A stretch of 64,000 bases of DNA from positions 64,542,001-64,606,000 of the forward strand of contig NC_043001.1 in NCBI RefSeq assembly GCF_006345805.1, read 5' to 3'. The stretch comes from Octopus sinensis (Eukaryota). The translations under genes and the position numbers were made by a program. This document shows positions 13,704-27,449 of this stretch, one piece after another. Numbering within the stretch: position 1 is the first letter of the stretch; every line of letters begins with the position of its first letter. A model generated the notes under the pieces. The model was not told the DNA's origin. It did no database searches and was given only the letters and a program-made list of their open reading frames with translations.

Positions 13704-14081
13704 TACTCTTTACTCTTTTACTTGTTTCAGTCATTTGACTGCGGCCATGCTGGGACACCGCCTTTAGTCGAGCAAATCGACCCCAGGACTTATTCTATCG
13801 GTCTCTTTTGCCGAACTGCTAAGTGATGGGGATGTAAACACACCAGCATCAGTTGTCAAGCAATGCTAGGGGGACAAACACACACACACAAACACACACA
13901 CATACACATATATACATATATACGACAGGCTTCTTTCGGTTTCCGTCTACCAAATCCACTCACAAGGCATTGGTCGGCCCGGGGCTATAGCAGAAGACAC
14001 TTGCCCAAGATGCCACGCAGTGGGACTGAACCCGGAACCATGTGGCTGGTTAGCAAGCTACCACACAGCCACTCCTGCACC
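13704..14081 (-). mobile_element. SINE family A, full length
   Basis: Complete head, internal (CA/TA) microsatellite and (AAAGAGT)n tail; several CpGs retained. Confidence 0.9.
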
Positions 14082-14663
14082 TATATATATATTTATATAT
14101 ATATATATATATATACATACATGTAAATTTAAATTTTAAATAATAAGGGTGAAAAATTGAATGTTAATTTGATTAATATTAATTTAAAACCAGTGGTGTA
14201 GCATATTGAAAAGTCTGAAATTTCAGAAAAAATTATATTACATACATATAAGAGTGATGGACATTCATTATGCTAGAAGATCCACTATGGTCTTCCCATT
14301 CCTTTGTTAGTGGTAAGACCATAGCTGATCTTCTTCTAGCAAAATGGATGTCCACTGTTAATGGTTCATCCCTCTTATATAATAGTTTGACTTTAATAGT
14401 TTCAGTATTAAAGTGAAAGCATCTGTCATTACAATAGAGAGATGTTTTTGTTTCACTTTTAACACGTAATACTGAAATAGTGAAGTATGATATTGCTGTC
14501 AGCTCGCCCTAGGCAAGAAGTCGAAAATTCTTTTTGCCCATGACACTACATGGATCTTAAGTAAGACATGTGTAAAATTTGAATGAAATTGGTTGTGTAG
14601 TTCTCAAGTTTTAGGGATTCACACAGACAGACAGACACACATTCTCAGTTTTATATATATAGA

Positions 14664-17440
14664 TTACTTGAAGCCTTTGACAAAATTGCAGGAGATATAG
14701 CTTCTAACAATGTAGAAGACAACTGGAGGTTTCTACAGGACAATGTGCTGAGGGCCACTGACCAGATCTGCGGATGGTGCAAAGTTGCCTCTCGACCCAA
14801 AATAACATGGTGGTGGAACAATGTTGTTGACAGGGTTATTAGAGAAAAAAAAAACAGGTTTGGATGGACTGGAAGAACAGTGGTATCAAGGAATTGTATC
14901 AGACTGCCAGAAAGGAAGCTAGGAGGCAGGTTTATTTAGCCAGAGGGGAAGCAGATAAGAAAAAATTTGCCTATGTTCTGCGCCGTGAGGACCAAAGACT
15001 TGAGGTATTTCGTGTTGCAAGACAGTGAGTGAGAGAGAATCGTGATATGGTAGGAGAGACATGTGTTCGCATGGATGATGGCTCACTTGCACCAGACGAG
15101 GCTGCAAAGAGAGAGGTTTAGAGACGCCACTATGAAAGGTTGCTGAATAAAGAAAATTAATGGGAAAAAGAGAGTCTACCAAATACCGACCCAACAGAGG
15201 GACCTGCTATCCAAGTTGACAGTTCCTTGGTAGATAAAGCAATTAAGAGTATGAAGACAGGGAAAGCCCCAGCCCATCAGGAATCACTGCAGAGATGCTC
15301 AAAATATCTGGCAGTGTCAGCTATAGCCTAGTCACCTGTATAGTTAACCATGTGATACACGGAGTCATACTCAATGACTGGTGTAGCAGCACTATAGTCA
15401 ACTGCTACAAAGGAAAAGGTGACGCTTTAGATACAAATAATTAGAGGTATCAAGTTGTTAGATCAGGTAATGAAGGTCACGGAGAGGGTCATAGCCCAAC
15501 TAATTAGGGAGAGAGTCAGTTTAGATAAGATGCAGTTTGGGTTCGTGCCAGGGAAAAGCACTACTGATGCTATAGTTCTGGTAACACAGCTGCAGGAGAA
15601 ATATCTGGCCAAAGATAAACCTCTGTACCTGGCATTTGTTGACATGGGTCCTCCGATCCCTTATCTGGTGGTCAATGAGGAAACTAGGGATAGATGAATG
15701 GTTAGTGATAGCTGTGCAAGCCATGTATAGGGATGCTGTCAGTAAGGTGAGGGTTGGCAACGAGTACAGTGAAGAATTCTGGGTGGAGGTAGGGGCCCAC
15801 CAAGGTTCAGTCCTCAGCCCCCTCCTATTTATCATAGTCCTCCAGGCAATAACGGATGAATTCAAGACAGGATTCCCCTGGGAGCTCCTCTATACTGATG
15901 ACCTTGCTCTAATTGCTGAGTCACTATCAGAACTAGAGGAGAAGTTTCAAGTGTGGAAACAAGGATTAGAATCGAAGGGCCTTAGAGTCAATCTAGCTAA
16001 AACCAAAGTCCTAATAAGTAGGAAGGCAGGCAAACCGCAAATCCCTTCAGGTAAATGGCTCTGCTCGATCTGTAGAAAAGGCATAGGTAGAAACTCTATA
16101 AGATGTACCCAGTGTAAGCTATGGACACATTAGAGGTGCAGCAATATGAAAGGAAGGCTAACTGGGAAGATAGTTTTTGTATGTGGCAGATGCTCAGGAG
16201 CAATAAATAACACTGAAATTGTGCAGCGAACAACTTCTGCCACATTCCAGGGAGAAAAACTAGAAGTAGTTGATAGCTTCCGTTAACTAGGTGACCAAGT
16301 CAGGTAGGGTGCGCTGAAAGTGTAGCTGCTAGAATAAAAATAGCCTGGGCAAAGTTCAGAGAGCTCTTACCTCTGCTGGTTACAAAGCGTCTCTCGCTCA
16401 GAGTAAAAGGTAGACTGTATGACGCATGTGTATGAACAGCCATGCTACATGACAGTGAAACATGGGCCGTGACTGCTGAGGACATGCGTAAGCTCACGAG
16501 GAATGAAACCAGTATGATCCAATGGATGTGTAATGTCAGTGTGCTTACTCAACAGAGTGTAAGTGCCTTGAGAGAAAAGTTGGACCTAAGAAGCATCAGA
16601 TGTAGTGTGCGCTGGTATGGTCATGTGGCGAGAATGGATGAGGATAGCTGTGTGAATAAGTGCCACACCCTAGTGGTTGAGAGAGCCTGTGGAAGAGGTA
16701 GACCCAGGAAGTCCTGGGATGAAGTAGTGAAGCACGACCTTCGAACATTAGGCCTCACGGAGGCAATGACCAGTGACCGAAACTTTTGGAAATATGCTGT
16801 GCTTGAGAAGACCCGGCAAGCCAAGTGAGACCATAACCTTGTGGCCTATGCCAGAGGTGTAACCAGCTCATTATTGCATACCTTCCTTTCAGTGGACATT
16901 GCTTGCAAAGTCCTGTTGAGGCAAGTGAAATCGAAATCAAATTTGATGACTGGCATCCGTGCTAGTGGAGCACTAAGAGCACCATCCGAGCATGATCGTT
17001 GCCAGAGTGGCCAACTGGCATTCGTACCTGTGACACGTAAAAAGCACCATTCGAGCATGATCATTACCAAAGTTGCCTTACTGGCACTTGTGCCAGTGTG
17101 CAGGTGACATGTAAAAAAACATGATTTTTTCGTGGCCGTTGCCAGTACCGCCAGACTGGCCCTCATGCCGGTGGCACGTAAAAGCACCCACTATACTCTC
17201 GGAGTGGTTGGCATTAGGAAGGGCATCTAGCTGTGGAAACTCTGCCAGATCAAGATTGAAGTCTGGTGCAGCCATCTGGCTCAACAGTCCTCAGTCAAAT
17301 CGTCCCACCCATGCTAGCATGGAAAGCGGACGTTAAATGATGATGATGGTGGTGGTGGTGGTGGTGGTGGTGGTGGTGGTGGTTGTGGTGGTGGTGGTGG
17401 TGGTGGTGATGGTGATGGTGATGATGATGATGATGATGGA
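14664..17440 (+). mobile_element. RTE-clade LINE, 3' part (RT, C-terminus, 3' UTR, (GAT/GGT)n tail)
   Basis: WWWNNVVD; QFGFVPGKSTTDAI; HQGSVLSPLLF; LLYTDDL; RGRPRKSW; stop at 16828; tail gcggacgttaaatgatgatgatggtggt. Confidence 0.92.
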
Positions 17441-17799
17441 TAAGTTTTTTCAATTTGAAGTTTTAATTTACAACAATTAATTTATTATTTGTGCATTGGC
17501 TTGTTTAAAGACAAAAAATTAAATGCAAATTAACAATAGGAGAACTTCTGAACAATCATACAACTGCCTTGGTATTGTACAATCTGAAACCAGAATAATT
17601 TTGGATTATGTAAAAGAAGAAAAAAGCAACTTCTATCCTTATCCACTTCTAATAGTGCTTTGTTAAAATCTAGCTATAGAAAAGCTTGACACACTGAAAA
17701 GTTAAAAACAGTTGATCAGAATAAAAGTATTTGTAGTATCATTCATAAATGAAATAATTATGTCACTGACACAATGTTGATTAGTAACAACTAATGAGA

Positions 17800-18790
17800 G
17801 TTACTTACAACAATAAACAGGGCGAATTCAGTTTTGAAAAGGTAATAATATGAAATGGTATCACCAGCAGGACATGAAGAATTCATTTTATCTGATCCAG
17901 ATTTCACTGACGCCTGGTTGAGGTGTTTCTCAACTAGTAAAAGAATGAAACAGTTGACAAGGATGAATCCAAGGAAATAACTGATCTCTTCATATCAGAA
18001 GCAGGAGGTGAGAACATTAAAAGAGTGTTTAATAATGTTATATTTTAGATTGTGTGAAGAAATGAAATTTGAGGATATAAAGGTAATGTCATTGACGACG
18101 CCAAAGAAGTTGGTTATTGCTGGAAGAAACAATTTCTGGCTTTAAAACAAATTCTATTAGAACCTATTCAAAAGTATTATGAAAGATTAAAAGAAACTTC
18201 TCATTTTTGTGAATTTGACTAGTTGGGGCCGAAGAACAGCCTGCATACAAATGTAGCTGATAGATGGACTATTAAATCCTTCTCATCGATCTAAAATATT
18301 AGAAAACATGCAATTTCAGCAGATGATGTTACCAATTGTGTCAGTCATATTCAACAATTTGAGATAAATGATTTTATTCTGTTCCCAACTAGCAAGAATA
18401 ATGGTATAATAAAATAAATTACTGTTTCACTTGAAGATAAAGATCATTAAATGAAGGTAACATGCAAGTTTGGTGGCTATTAGCATGATGTTGGAAGGTA
18501 TCCTGTTTTTAGGAAAAAAATCGTGTAATCTAAGTAAGAGAAAGAACCAAACTGAAATATCTAAAGAAGCCTAGGAAATAACAACTATTTGTACTTCACT
18601 TGGATTATTGAGATGGACACATTTACCATATGGTATAAAAACAGCAAGTGTTGTCTTTCAGCAAGCTATGGAGAATATGTTGAGAGATATTACAGGTATA
18701 ATTATTTATCAAGAAGACATATGTATTGACAGTAGGACACTTGAGGAATTAGAAGATAGAGTAAAAGAAATTTTACAGAGACTTACCTTC
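17800..18790 (+). pseudogene. Decayed Ty3/Gypsy gag-pol remnant
   Basis: 18570-18790 reads TSLGLLRWTHLPYGIKTASVVFQQAMENML..IIIYQEDICI (Gypsy RT with decayed YxDD). The upstream gag assignment is weaker. Confidence 0.65.
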
Positions 18791-19772
18791 CATTAGTGAA
18801 AAGAAAAGTGTTCTTCATGCAGAATTGATCTTTATATGATACAAAACACTATCAAAGATACCCAGCATTGCTCAGAATTAAAACAGTAAAGTGCAGCATT
18901 AACAACAAAACATTTATGGAGTAAATGTTAAAGGTTTGCATAAATGACAATTTGAGTTTGGCACACCAATTTGGGAAGAATTATCATTTTTATAAGAATG
19001 GGATGGATCATATCTGAAAGCAGCTCCAGGTATTGTGAAGAACGAATTTGTATGTGGTCTGTTTCAGAGAGCTATTCTATTGTACCTCTGTGTAATCTGG
19101 CTTGCTAAACACATAAGTTATGGTAGTTGCCAGGTTTTTCCCATAGTAGTGGTGTCAGATTAGACTGCTGTGTGTATTGTAAACAGGAATGAAGCTCACA
19201 AACATTTTATAATAAGGCTCAAATTTCATAGTGTCTAAATTCTACTGTCATTAATAGCTTACTCTAGAGACAAGAGAGAATTGGTCTTGAATGAAAATTC
19301 AGACGTGAGTTTATCTGAATCTACTCACATCTCTGATGTTCTTTGGATAAGAGTGAAATAATGTGTCATTAACTGTATTACTCAGCCATTGGTTTTCTTG
19401 GGGAGAGATGCAAGGAGATGTGAATTCACTAAATCTTGCTAAACTTCTGTTCTTGATTTAGACAGGTGTTTTGGTTTTATCACTAGAAAAAGGGGGACAT
19501 CCAAGGACATTTACTTTTGTTCTGACTTTGTGGCATCATTTCCTGCAAATTCATTTGTGACACTAGCCTGATAACTTAGAAAATGTGGTTCAAATCCTAG
19601 GTCTGCAAATGGAATGTGTTCAGCATGAACAAAGTGCAGGTAATGTAGTGATGTTTATATTCACAGTTAATAAATTGGAGGAAAAAATATATTCTAACCA
19701 TATACAAGCAATAGAAATATCATCTCATCTTTTTCACCCAGTTATTCCTGGAAGGGCTATGGGAGCAGAGTC

Positions 19773-20255
19773 TTAAAGCATGCCTTACATCAAGTCCTAT
19801 CACAAACAGCTGTCTCCAATTTATCCAGCTGGATCCCCAAGTGTGGCCATCTGAGCTCATGGATGATATCTAACCATCTTGTTTGCAGTCTATCCCTGTG
19901 TCTCCTGCCAGTTCATTTTGCCCATAAAACCTATCCAATGATTCTTTCCTGGGACATTCTTACCACATGTATTGGAGTCATTTTAATAAGTAATAGAGGG
20001 AGGAGGCTGAATTAAGTGCAAGAATTGCAGAAGCTGGTTCAGTAATGCACCATTTTCAGCATTCAATCATCAGAAGATGGGAGTATGTGTAAAAGCTAAA
20101 CTTGCTATTTTCAGTTCAGTGTTCATGCCTACCCTTATCTATGGTCATAAATCTTGGATAATGATTGAAATAACACAACTGTGAATACAAGTGGTAGAAA
20201 TGGTGTTCCTCTGAAAGGTCTTTGAGGCAATGTTACTCGATAGAGTGCATAAATC
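19773..20255. mobile_element. Rex3/Expander-like RTE fragment with an inverted 5' segment
   Basis: 19773-19970 (-) reads HVVRMSQER...TGRRHRDRLQTRWLD; 19971-20255 (+) reads EAELSARIAEAG...PTLIYGHKSW...LLDRVHK. Confidence 0.75.
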
Positions 20256-20735
20256 AAAGCAATAGAAACATAGAAGTATCAATAATATTAATATGCCAAT
20301 TTGTTCTTTTTGTACATACCTGTCATGTGTATCACACTTACTTCAAAGAAGTGAATGGCAAAGCAAGAGAGAGGAGGATGGAGAGGAAGTAAGGGAGAGA
20401 GAGAGAGTGAAAGAGACAGTAAGTGGTGACAGCTTTCTTTTTGTGTTTTTAAATGTTTCAGAGAGGAAGTAACAGAGAAAAAGAGAGAGTGAATGAGACG
20501 GTGAGTGGTGATGGTGTTTGTTTTGTGTTTTTAAATGTTTATCACATTGCAAGAAAAGTAGATACATACACACATTGTTAAATTAAAAGCGGGGGAGAGG
20601 AGAGACACAGTGGAAATGAGAGAGACAGTAAATACATAGATCCAAAGAAAAGTTGATACATAGATACATAGACACAGTAAATATTGCTTGTCACTTTCAC
20701 TTTTCATTACCACACTAGGATAAAATTAACTTGCA

Positions 20736-20860
20736 AGTGACTGAGTACTCTACAGACATGCATATCATTAATGTAGTTCTCAGGGAGATTCAGCCTCACA
20801 TAGAATATGACAAGGCTACAACTCATTTTGGCCAGCTGAGTGGACTGGAGCAAGATAAAC
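20736..20860 (-). mobile_element. SINE family B fragment
   Basis: gtgactgagtactctacagacatgcat...gttctcagggagattcagc, homologous to 21172-21475 and 41330-41580. Confidence 0.7.
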
Positions 20861-21171
20861 CTTCAAGTGGTTGGAAGAAAACAAAAAAGATCCTATATAA
20901 GGGCAGGAAAATTTTTTTAGTCATTAGGGTCACTGTAGGTGTTAATCCGGTCCTAACAGCAGCATTTGTGGGTCTCACAGATCTGGAGGCCAAGGCCCCA
21001 GATAAACACCAATGTGCAGATTGTTGTTATCAAACTGTGAAGGGCGAATACATGACAGAATAGCAATTATTTCATCTTAGCTTTCACTGCTTATACTACA
21101 CATATGACGTTTTTGCCTTACAATATGGAACATTTCCTTTCCTTTCATTCTTTTTTAAAAAATGGTACTCC

Positions 21172-21475
21172 GTCGGTTATGATGACGAGGTTCCTGTTTA
21201 TCTGATCTACAAACAATCCATTCATAAAACTAACACACAAGTGACTGAGTACTCCACAGACATGCATACCATGAGGTAGTTCTCAGGGAGATTCAGTTTT
21301 ACACAGAATATGACAAGGCTGGCCCCTTTGAATTACAGCTACAACTCATTTTTGCCTGCTGAGTGGACTGCAGCAAGGTGAAGTAGAGTACCTTGCTCAA
21401 AAACAGTGCACTGCAGGGAATTGTACTCATGACTTTACAATCGTAGGCTGAATATCCCTAAACATTGAGCCATGT
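21172..21475 (-). mobile_element. SINE family B, near full length
   Basis: The reverse complement aligns with the + copy at 41330-41580 and includes a tRNA-like head. Confidence 0.75.
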
Positions 21476-21693
21476 ACCTTCACTCTCTTAACCTTAGAGA
21501 AAAGGAGCAAAGTGACACAGACAAAGAAAGGGAAGTCTGTCATTTACAATGACAATTAGACTGAAATACAATCAAGCTTTTCTAGCTTCTTTGCTTTTAA
21601 CAATGAAAAATAGGGAAAGACATTTAGTAATGAATAAAGTGAAAGTCTTTCAGGTGTTTATATTTTTATTCTGGGAGTTCTAGAACGATCGAC

Positions 21694-22315
21694 TGTTAGT
21701 TCTCTTTTCTTTCCCCCACCCCTGGTACCTATTCACCTTTTTTCATAGTTCTTCATGTCTTTTACACCTTGGACACTTGCTGTGGATTGTGGGTACGGAT
21801 TGATTCGAGAGCTGCGAATTGTTATGGACCCAGATTTTCCAGGGCTGCCGAGAGTGCACTGGATGCTGCCCGAGATGTGGCGCTCTACAGGCACCATATC
21901 CATATCTCCGGACAAGCTGATTCCACGGACGCAGTCCTTTATAAAGAAGTTAGAACTCTTCCCAGGGCTCCCAGCAACGTCTCTGGGCTCACTTGCATTG
22001 CTGCTGCTTCGCCCGGCCACTAGCTTCGATGACAGATGCACTGCTAGGAGCATGTCGCATTCCCGCCGCTGGACAGGCACTCTCTGGGTTCGGGTTCGGG
22101 AATATTAATCCGATTCCCTTTCGATGCAAGGCCGTCCGTGTGTTATGTTTTGTTTCATTTCGTTCATTCGACGGACCTGGCGCCTTTCGTGGGAGCTTTT
22201 GCCTGCTTCTTAGGACCGACTGACCCGTGTTCGACCGGGCTTGGATCGTCATCTTTCGGGTCCCCGGTCGCCTGCTACACCTGAGTCGGATCGGGAACTA
22301 GGAGAAACTAATGCA
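21694..22315. other. CpG-rich, GC-rich segment of unknown origin (possible solo LTR or other TE)
   Basis: Sharp compositional shift with many CpGs. Imperfect terminal inverted motif tgttagttctc/gagaaactaatgca; no TSD seen. Confidence 0.4.
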
Positions 22316-22800
22316 AGATAACTATGGAATATAATTTCAAGTTGCAGTAAGGTATGAAACCAAATATTATTTTTTTATTTCTTGTAGCAAAAGATGTTGA
22401 AAACCAATAAATGTTGCTTTACAGATGCAGCTAGATCTATTTTTCATTCAGCTTTCTTCACAATTATGTGTAATACATTGAAAATCTGTTGAACAAACTA
22501 TCCCTTTTGTATTTTTATTTTCATCACAAAAGTTAAGTTAACAGTTTAGTGCATACCTCTTATTTTCATATAAACATGCAGTTATTTGAAAATAATAACA
22601 AGCATATACACATATATTCAGAATAATTACTTGGCATAAAGTGAGTTTTAACATTACTATTTTTAACAGAATTTTATGTAACTATTAATGGCTATCATGG
22701 TTTACTCAATACAGATGCGTGATCTGTTAATTTAGATAACAATATTTTCATGCCAAATAAATTTGTATATATTAATGAATTTTATGTATTTCTATTTTAG

Positions 22801-22882
22801 CACATAAATAGAAGTGATACACAGGAAGCAAAATTTCACATTGATCCTACATATCTTGAAACTGATTCCAATAGTCCATTGG
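22801..22882 (+). CDS. Putative host exon (linker region)
   Basis: ttctattttag acceptor and G|GTAAGT donor. Open frame HINRSDTQEAKFHIDPTYLETDSNSPL+G, phase 0 to 1, compatible with the neighbouring exons. Confidence 0.7.
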
Positions 22883-23387
22883 GTAAGTATTTCTGTATTT
22901 TCAATAACTTATATTTAGTAAAAAGAGTAGATCCTTTCAGATTTTATTTTTACATAGATGTACTTGTTGTCCTTGCTTGTAAAGCAGTTTTGTCCTATTT
23001 TTTTTAGACTATAACAACTTGTTTAACCTATGTCAGCATGGAAACTGGAACATAAAATAATGATGAGGAGAATAACTTGCCAAATTTCTGTTTGCTTTTG
23101 TGTAGCATGTCATTTTATTTCTTTGTCCCCTAACTCACTAAATTTTATGTTTAAATCAATCCTTGTTCTCTATACAGCTATATTCTGCGTGTTAGCTTTT
23201 GCTTCCATTATTACTTGTGGCTTATGAACTCCTTGAAAATATGGCATGTGTTTGATCTGACTGAATTTGGACAATGTGCGAAACTATTAAAATTTTGTCT
23301 TCCTTATTTCTTTTATTTCTTATTGTCTTCCATATATTAATATATATACATATTATTCCTATCTATTCAATATATATATGTATCAAA

Positions 23388-24747
23388 CTACTGGACCAGG
23401 TCATGAAAATTACAGAGAGTTATATCTCAACTAATTAGGGATAAAATTAAGATACATGAGATGCAGTTTGGTTTTGTTCCACAGATGTCATCTTTATAGT
23501 GAGACAGTTTCAAGAAAAGTATTTGGCCAAAAGTAAACCATTGTACTTAGCCTTTGTCAACTTAGAAAAAGCCTTTGACAGGGTTCCCTGCTCTTCTATC
23601 TTGTGGTCTCTAAGGAAGCTAGGAGTAGAGGAATGGCTTGTCAGAGCTGTTTAAGCTATGTGTAGCAATGTTGTCAGTAAGGTGAGTGTCAGCCTTGAAT
23701 ATAATAATGAATTTAGTGTACAGGTTGGAGCACACCAGGGATCCAGACCTTAGTCCACTCTCATTCATCATAGTTCTCCAGGCCATAACAAAGGAATTCA
23801 AAAGTGGATGCCCATGGGAACTACTATATGCTGACGATCTTGCAGAATCTAAAGCAGAATTGGAGATGTTCCAGATTTGGGAGCAAAACTTGAAATCAAA
23901 GGGCCTTAAAGTTAACTTAGCAAAGACTAAATTTGTTTTCACCAGTCATTGCAATCCCTACTCCCTACTTGCACCTTCAATGCAACAACTAGCTGCACAT
24001 ATTACAACCTTCATACCTCTCTTTTCTTTACTCTACCATCACATCCATGATCTGATCCTTGTTACTTGTGTGTATACTCTTACACTTCACCATCTCTCTC
24101 TTTCTTTCTCTCTCTCTCTCATCTGTCACTCTTTCCTCTAGTTGGGTAGCCACGTATCTCCTCTACAGTAGCACACCTATTCCTGCCCTCATTCTTCATC
24201 ATGCTCTCTCTCTCTCTCTTGCTGTTGCTGAGTAACCATGTACTTCCTCTATAGCAAGACACCTATTTCTGCCTCCCTATTTCTCTGTCACACTCTAACC
24301 TTTCATCATCTGTTACTGGATCACCTCCTCCAATGCACCTCCTGTTATAGCCAGACATGTGTTTCTGCCTTGCTATCTCTTTGTCACCCTCTAACCTTTC
24401 ATCCTTTGACACAAGTTCCCCTCCTCAAATGCCCCTGCCCCTCTCATAATTCCTTCTCTTGCAAGTTAGTTGGTGACATTGCCAGTTCTGGTGCCAAGTA
24501 AAAAACATTCAGTCCATATTGTAAAGTTGTTGGCATTTGGAAGGGCATCCAGCTGTAAAAATCATGCCAAAACTAACCTCGCCTGTGTTAGTGCCACGTG
24601 AAAAGCACTAAGTCCACTCTGCAGAGTGGTCGGTATTAGGATGAGAATCCAACTGTAAAAACCCTGCCAAAACAGACTAGCATAGGGTAGTTTTTCTACA
24701 TGACCAGCTCCTGTGAACCTTCCTACCCATGCAGATGATACTAGCCT
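23388..24747 (+). mobile_element. RTE LINE, internally deleted (RT fragment fused to 3' UTR)
   Basis: LLDQVMK..MQFGFVP..LAFVNLEKAFDRVP..LLYADDL, then a jump at about 23940 to a 3' UTR closely similar to 28020-28650. Confidence 0.8.
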
Positions 24748-25502
24748 GTCATTGCCGGGCAACTTTTGCTATAAGTTGTCTTATATAAATTTTTGCTTAT
24801 ACCATGCCAGACCATACTTTCCATGACAGATAGGTGTCTTGATCAGAACAGATTTGTGCAACTTTTCACAAAAAAACAACTTTGCTGATGATTTTTCCCT
24901 TTTTAGATTATTTACATATCTGTTCGACCATTTCACATGATTTTATTCATTAAAACTTATTAAAACTTCAGAAGTTCTTACAATATTGGTCATCATAACG
25001 CTTTGCTTTCATTTTGTTTAATAAAAATTCCTCCTCGTAGTGATTTTGCTTTCATTATATGATAGACAGCTGTCATGCAGAAAATGCCAGCTTCCAAATC
25101 CTGTTTTTTGATTAGGTAAAATTGATTAAACTTTAAACCTCTGTAACATTTTTCTGCAATTTTTCTTGGACAAGTAAATAGCAAAATCAGATTTAACATG
25201 GAAAATGATATCAATATACAAAATTTGAAAATTTTGACAATTTTAGAATTTCACAATATGTAACAGCAACAAAGAAGGCCCTAGAGAAATAGAGAGACAG
25301 ACAGTTATAAAACGTGATGATCACGTGCACACACACACAAATTTGAAAACATACACACAGGTAATCACGAGTTTAAAGTGGTACATAGTAGACATTGTAT
25401 GTGTGTGTGCGTCTGTGGACAATTGTTGTCAACTTACCATGCGTTTTCCTCACACCCACCTTTCTTTTCCTTCCTTGGCATTTTAAAAGTTACTTCTGTC
25501 TC

Positions 25503-25902
25503 CTTTACTCTTTTACTTGTTTCAGTCATTTGACTGTGGCCATGCTGGAGCACCACCTTTAGTCAAATAAATCAACCCCAGGACTTATTCTTTGTAAGCC
25601 TAGTACTTATTCTATCGGTCTCTTTTGCTGAACCGCTAAGTTACGGGGGCATAAACACACTAGCATCGGTTGTTAAGAAATGTTGGGGGGACAAACACAG
25701 ACACACAAACATATACACACACACACACATACATACATATATACATATATACGATGGGCTTCTTTCAGTTTCCGTCTACCAAATCAACTCAAGGCTTTGG
25801 TCGGCCCAAGACTATAGTAGAAGACACTTGCCCAAGGTGTCACACAGTGGGACTGAACCCGGTTGGTAAGCAAGCTACTTACCGCACAGCCACTCATACA
25901 CC
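25503..25902 (-). mobile_element. SINE family A, full length
   Basis: Aligns along its full length with 13704-14081. Confidence 0.9.
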
Positions 25903-26235
25903 TATGTGTGAGTGTGTGTGTGCATGTATGCATGTATCTATGTATTTATGAAAGTATGTATGCAACATCACATGTGTATCCCTGAATGACAGCTGTATTA
26001 ACGTTATCATCACACTGCCACTTCATATTAATCACTTACACAACTCTGTTCTCCCCTTCCCTGATATCAGTCACTCTTCCTATGTCACCTCATTTCCCTC
26101 ACAATAACACTCTTGCACCCTTCTCAAAAAAATAGCCCAACTGACTGTTTCAGTTTTATAAGGTATAAGAAAAGATATATATATATCTGTGTGGTAAGAA
26201 GCTTGCTTCCCAACCACATGGTTTCTGGTTCAGTT

Positions 26236-27137
26236 CTTTTTCATGGATCTGATGATTATGCTTTTTGGGAAGTTTAACTTTGGCAATTTCTTTCTTTTGA
26301 AGATAACATATGGTGGTAATTTTGCTCTGTCTCCTAAGCATGCTAGCATCACAGTAAATCTATTCTTTTCATTTCCAGTTGTTCTTATTTTAATTGATTT
26401 ATCATTAACATGTGTCACTGTTGTGTCATACAGCAAATCAAATGTTAACAGGGTTTGGTCTGCATTCTCCTTCACAGTAAATGATTCATAAATTCTGCTC
26501 AGACTGACAATACTGGTAATGACAAATTTTTAAGTTTGCTTCACAGTTTATAAGTGTGAAAGAGATTAAAATTTTGATACTCCAAGAATAGGTGGAAAAT
26601 CAGAGCTTGAGACAAGAAGACACTTTCAACCAATCAGAATTCTGTTTACATAATCAGTTTGATTAGTCACCTTCCTCTGTCAGTTGAGTAAAGTGTCATC
26701 CAGGTGGATGTTTATTGGTAATTAAACTTAATTTGCAACACCTGTGCATATTTATCAGCTTTGTTTTATTTGATAATAATTCTTCTTGTGATTGGGATTT
26801 GAGAATACATACAGCAGTATGCTAAAGATCAGACATAATCTCTTGTGGGCAAGAAATGTAAAATAAAGTTTATTATAAACAACCCAAACACTTTGTAATT
26901 TAATAGCTTTTAATGTGATACCTGTTAAACAGAAATTATCTTTATTAAATGAAAATTTAATAAAATCTAATCATAACTAAGTGAAATTATGCTAAATACA
27001 ACTAAATTGAAAACTTCTTCCCCTGGCCATATTGGTAATCCTGCAAACTTTTGGGTACAAATCTTTCCTAACAATTTTTATCATGAAAATCACATGTGTA
27101 AATTACACAGGTGTGCAAATTACATGGGTTTTTACAG
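26236..27137 (-). mobile_element. pogo/Tigger-like deletion derivative (TIR plus DDE_1 fragment)
   Basis: ORF 26230-26475 reads DQTLLTFDL..IRTTGNEKNRFTVMLACLGDRAKLPPYVIFKRK. The terminal segment 26805-27137 is the reverse complement of 42479-42838. Confidence 0.75.
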
Positions 27138-27449
27138 CATATCTTTTTGTTTTTTTAATAAACATGCAGTTTTTGCCCTGTGAAAAGCAAGCACAATATT
27201 TGCAAAAATAGTTTTATCTTTCTTTGAGTAAAAACAGTAGGATCAATTTGTTAAGAAGTCATTGTTATTTGATAATGCTTACTGGGTCAAAATGTCGGTA
27301 ACTTTTTTGTTTGACATCCCCAGGAGAGTTATAATGAAACTCAAGTAACGGATCTGAATAACCACATAATAGATCATCATCATCATTTAATTTCCATGTT
27401 CCATGCTGGCTGGCATGGATTGGATGGTTTTACAAGATCTGACAGATAG

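Noticed and set aside
21733-22252. Overlapping 76-117 aa ORFs in the CpG-rich block as a protein-coding gene
   Set aside because: Stop-codon scarcity is expected at this GC content, and no domain or splice structure was recognised.
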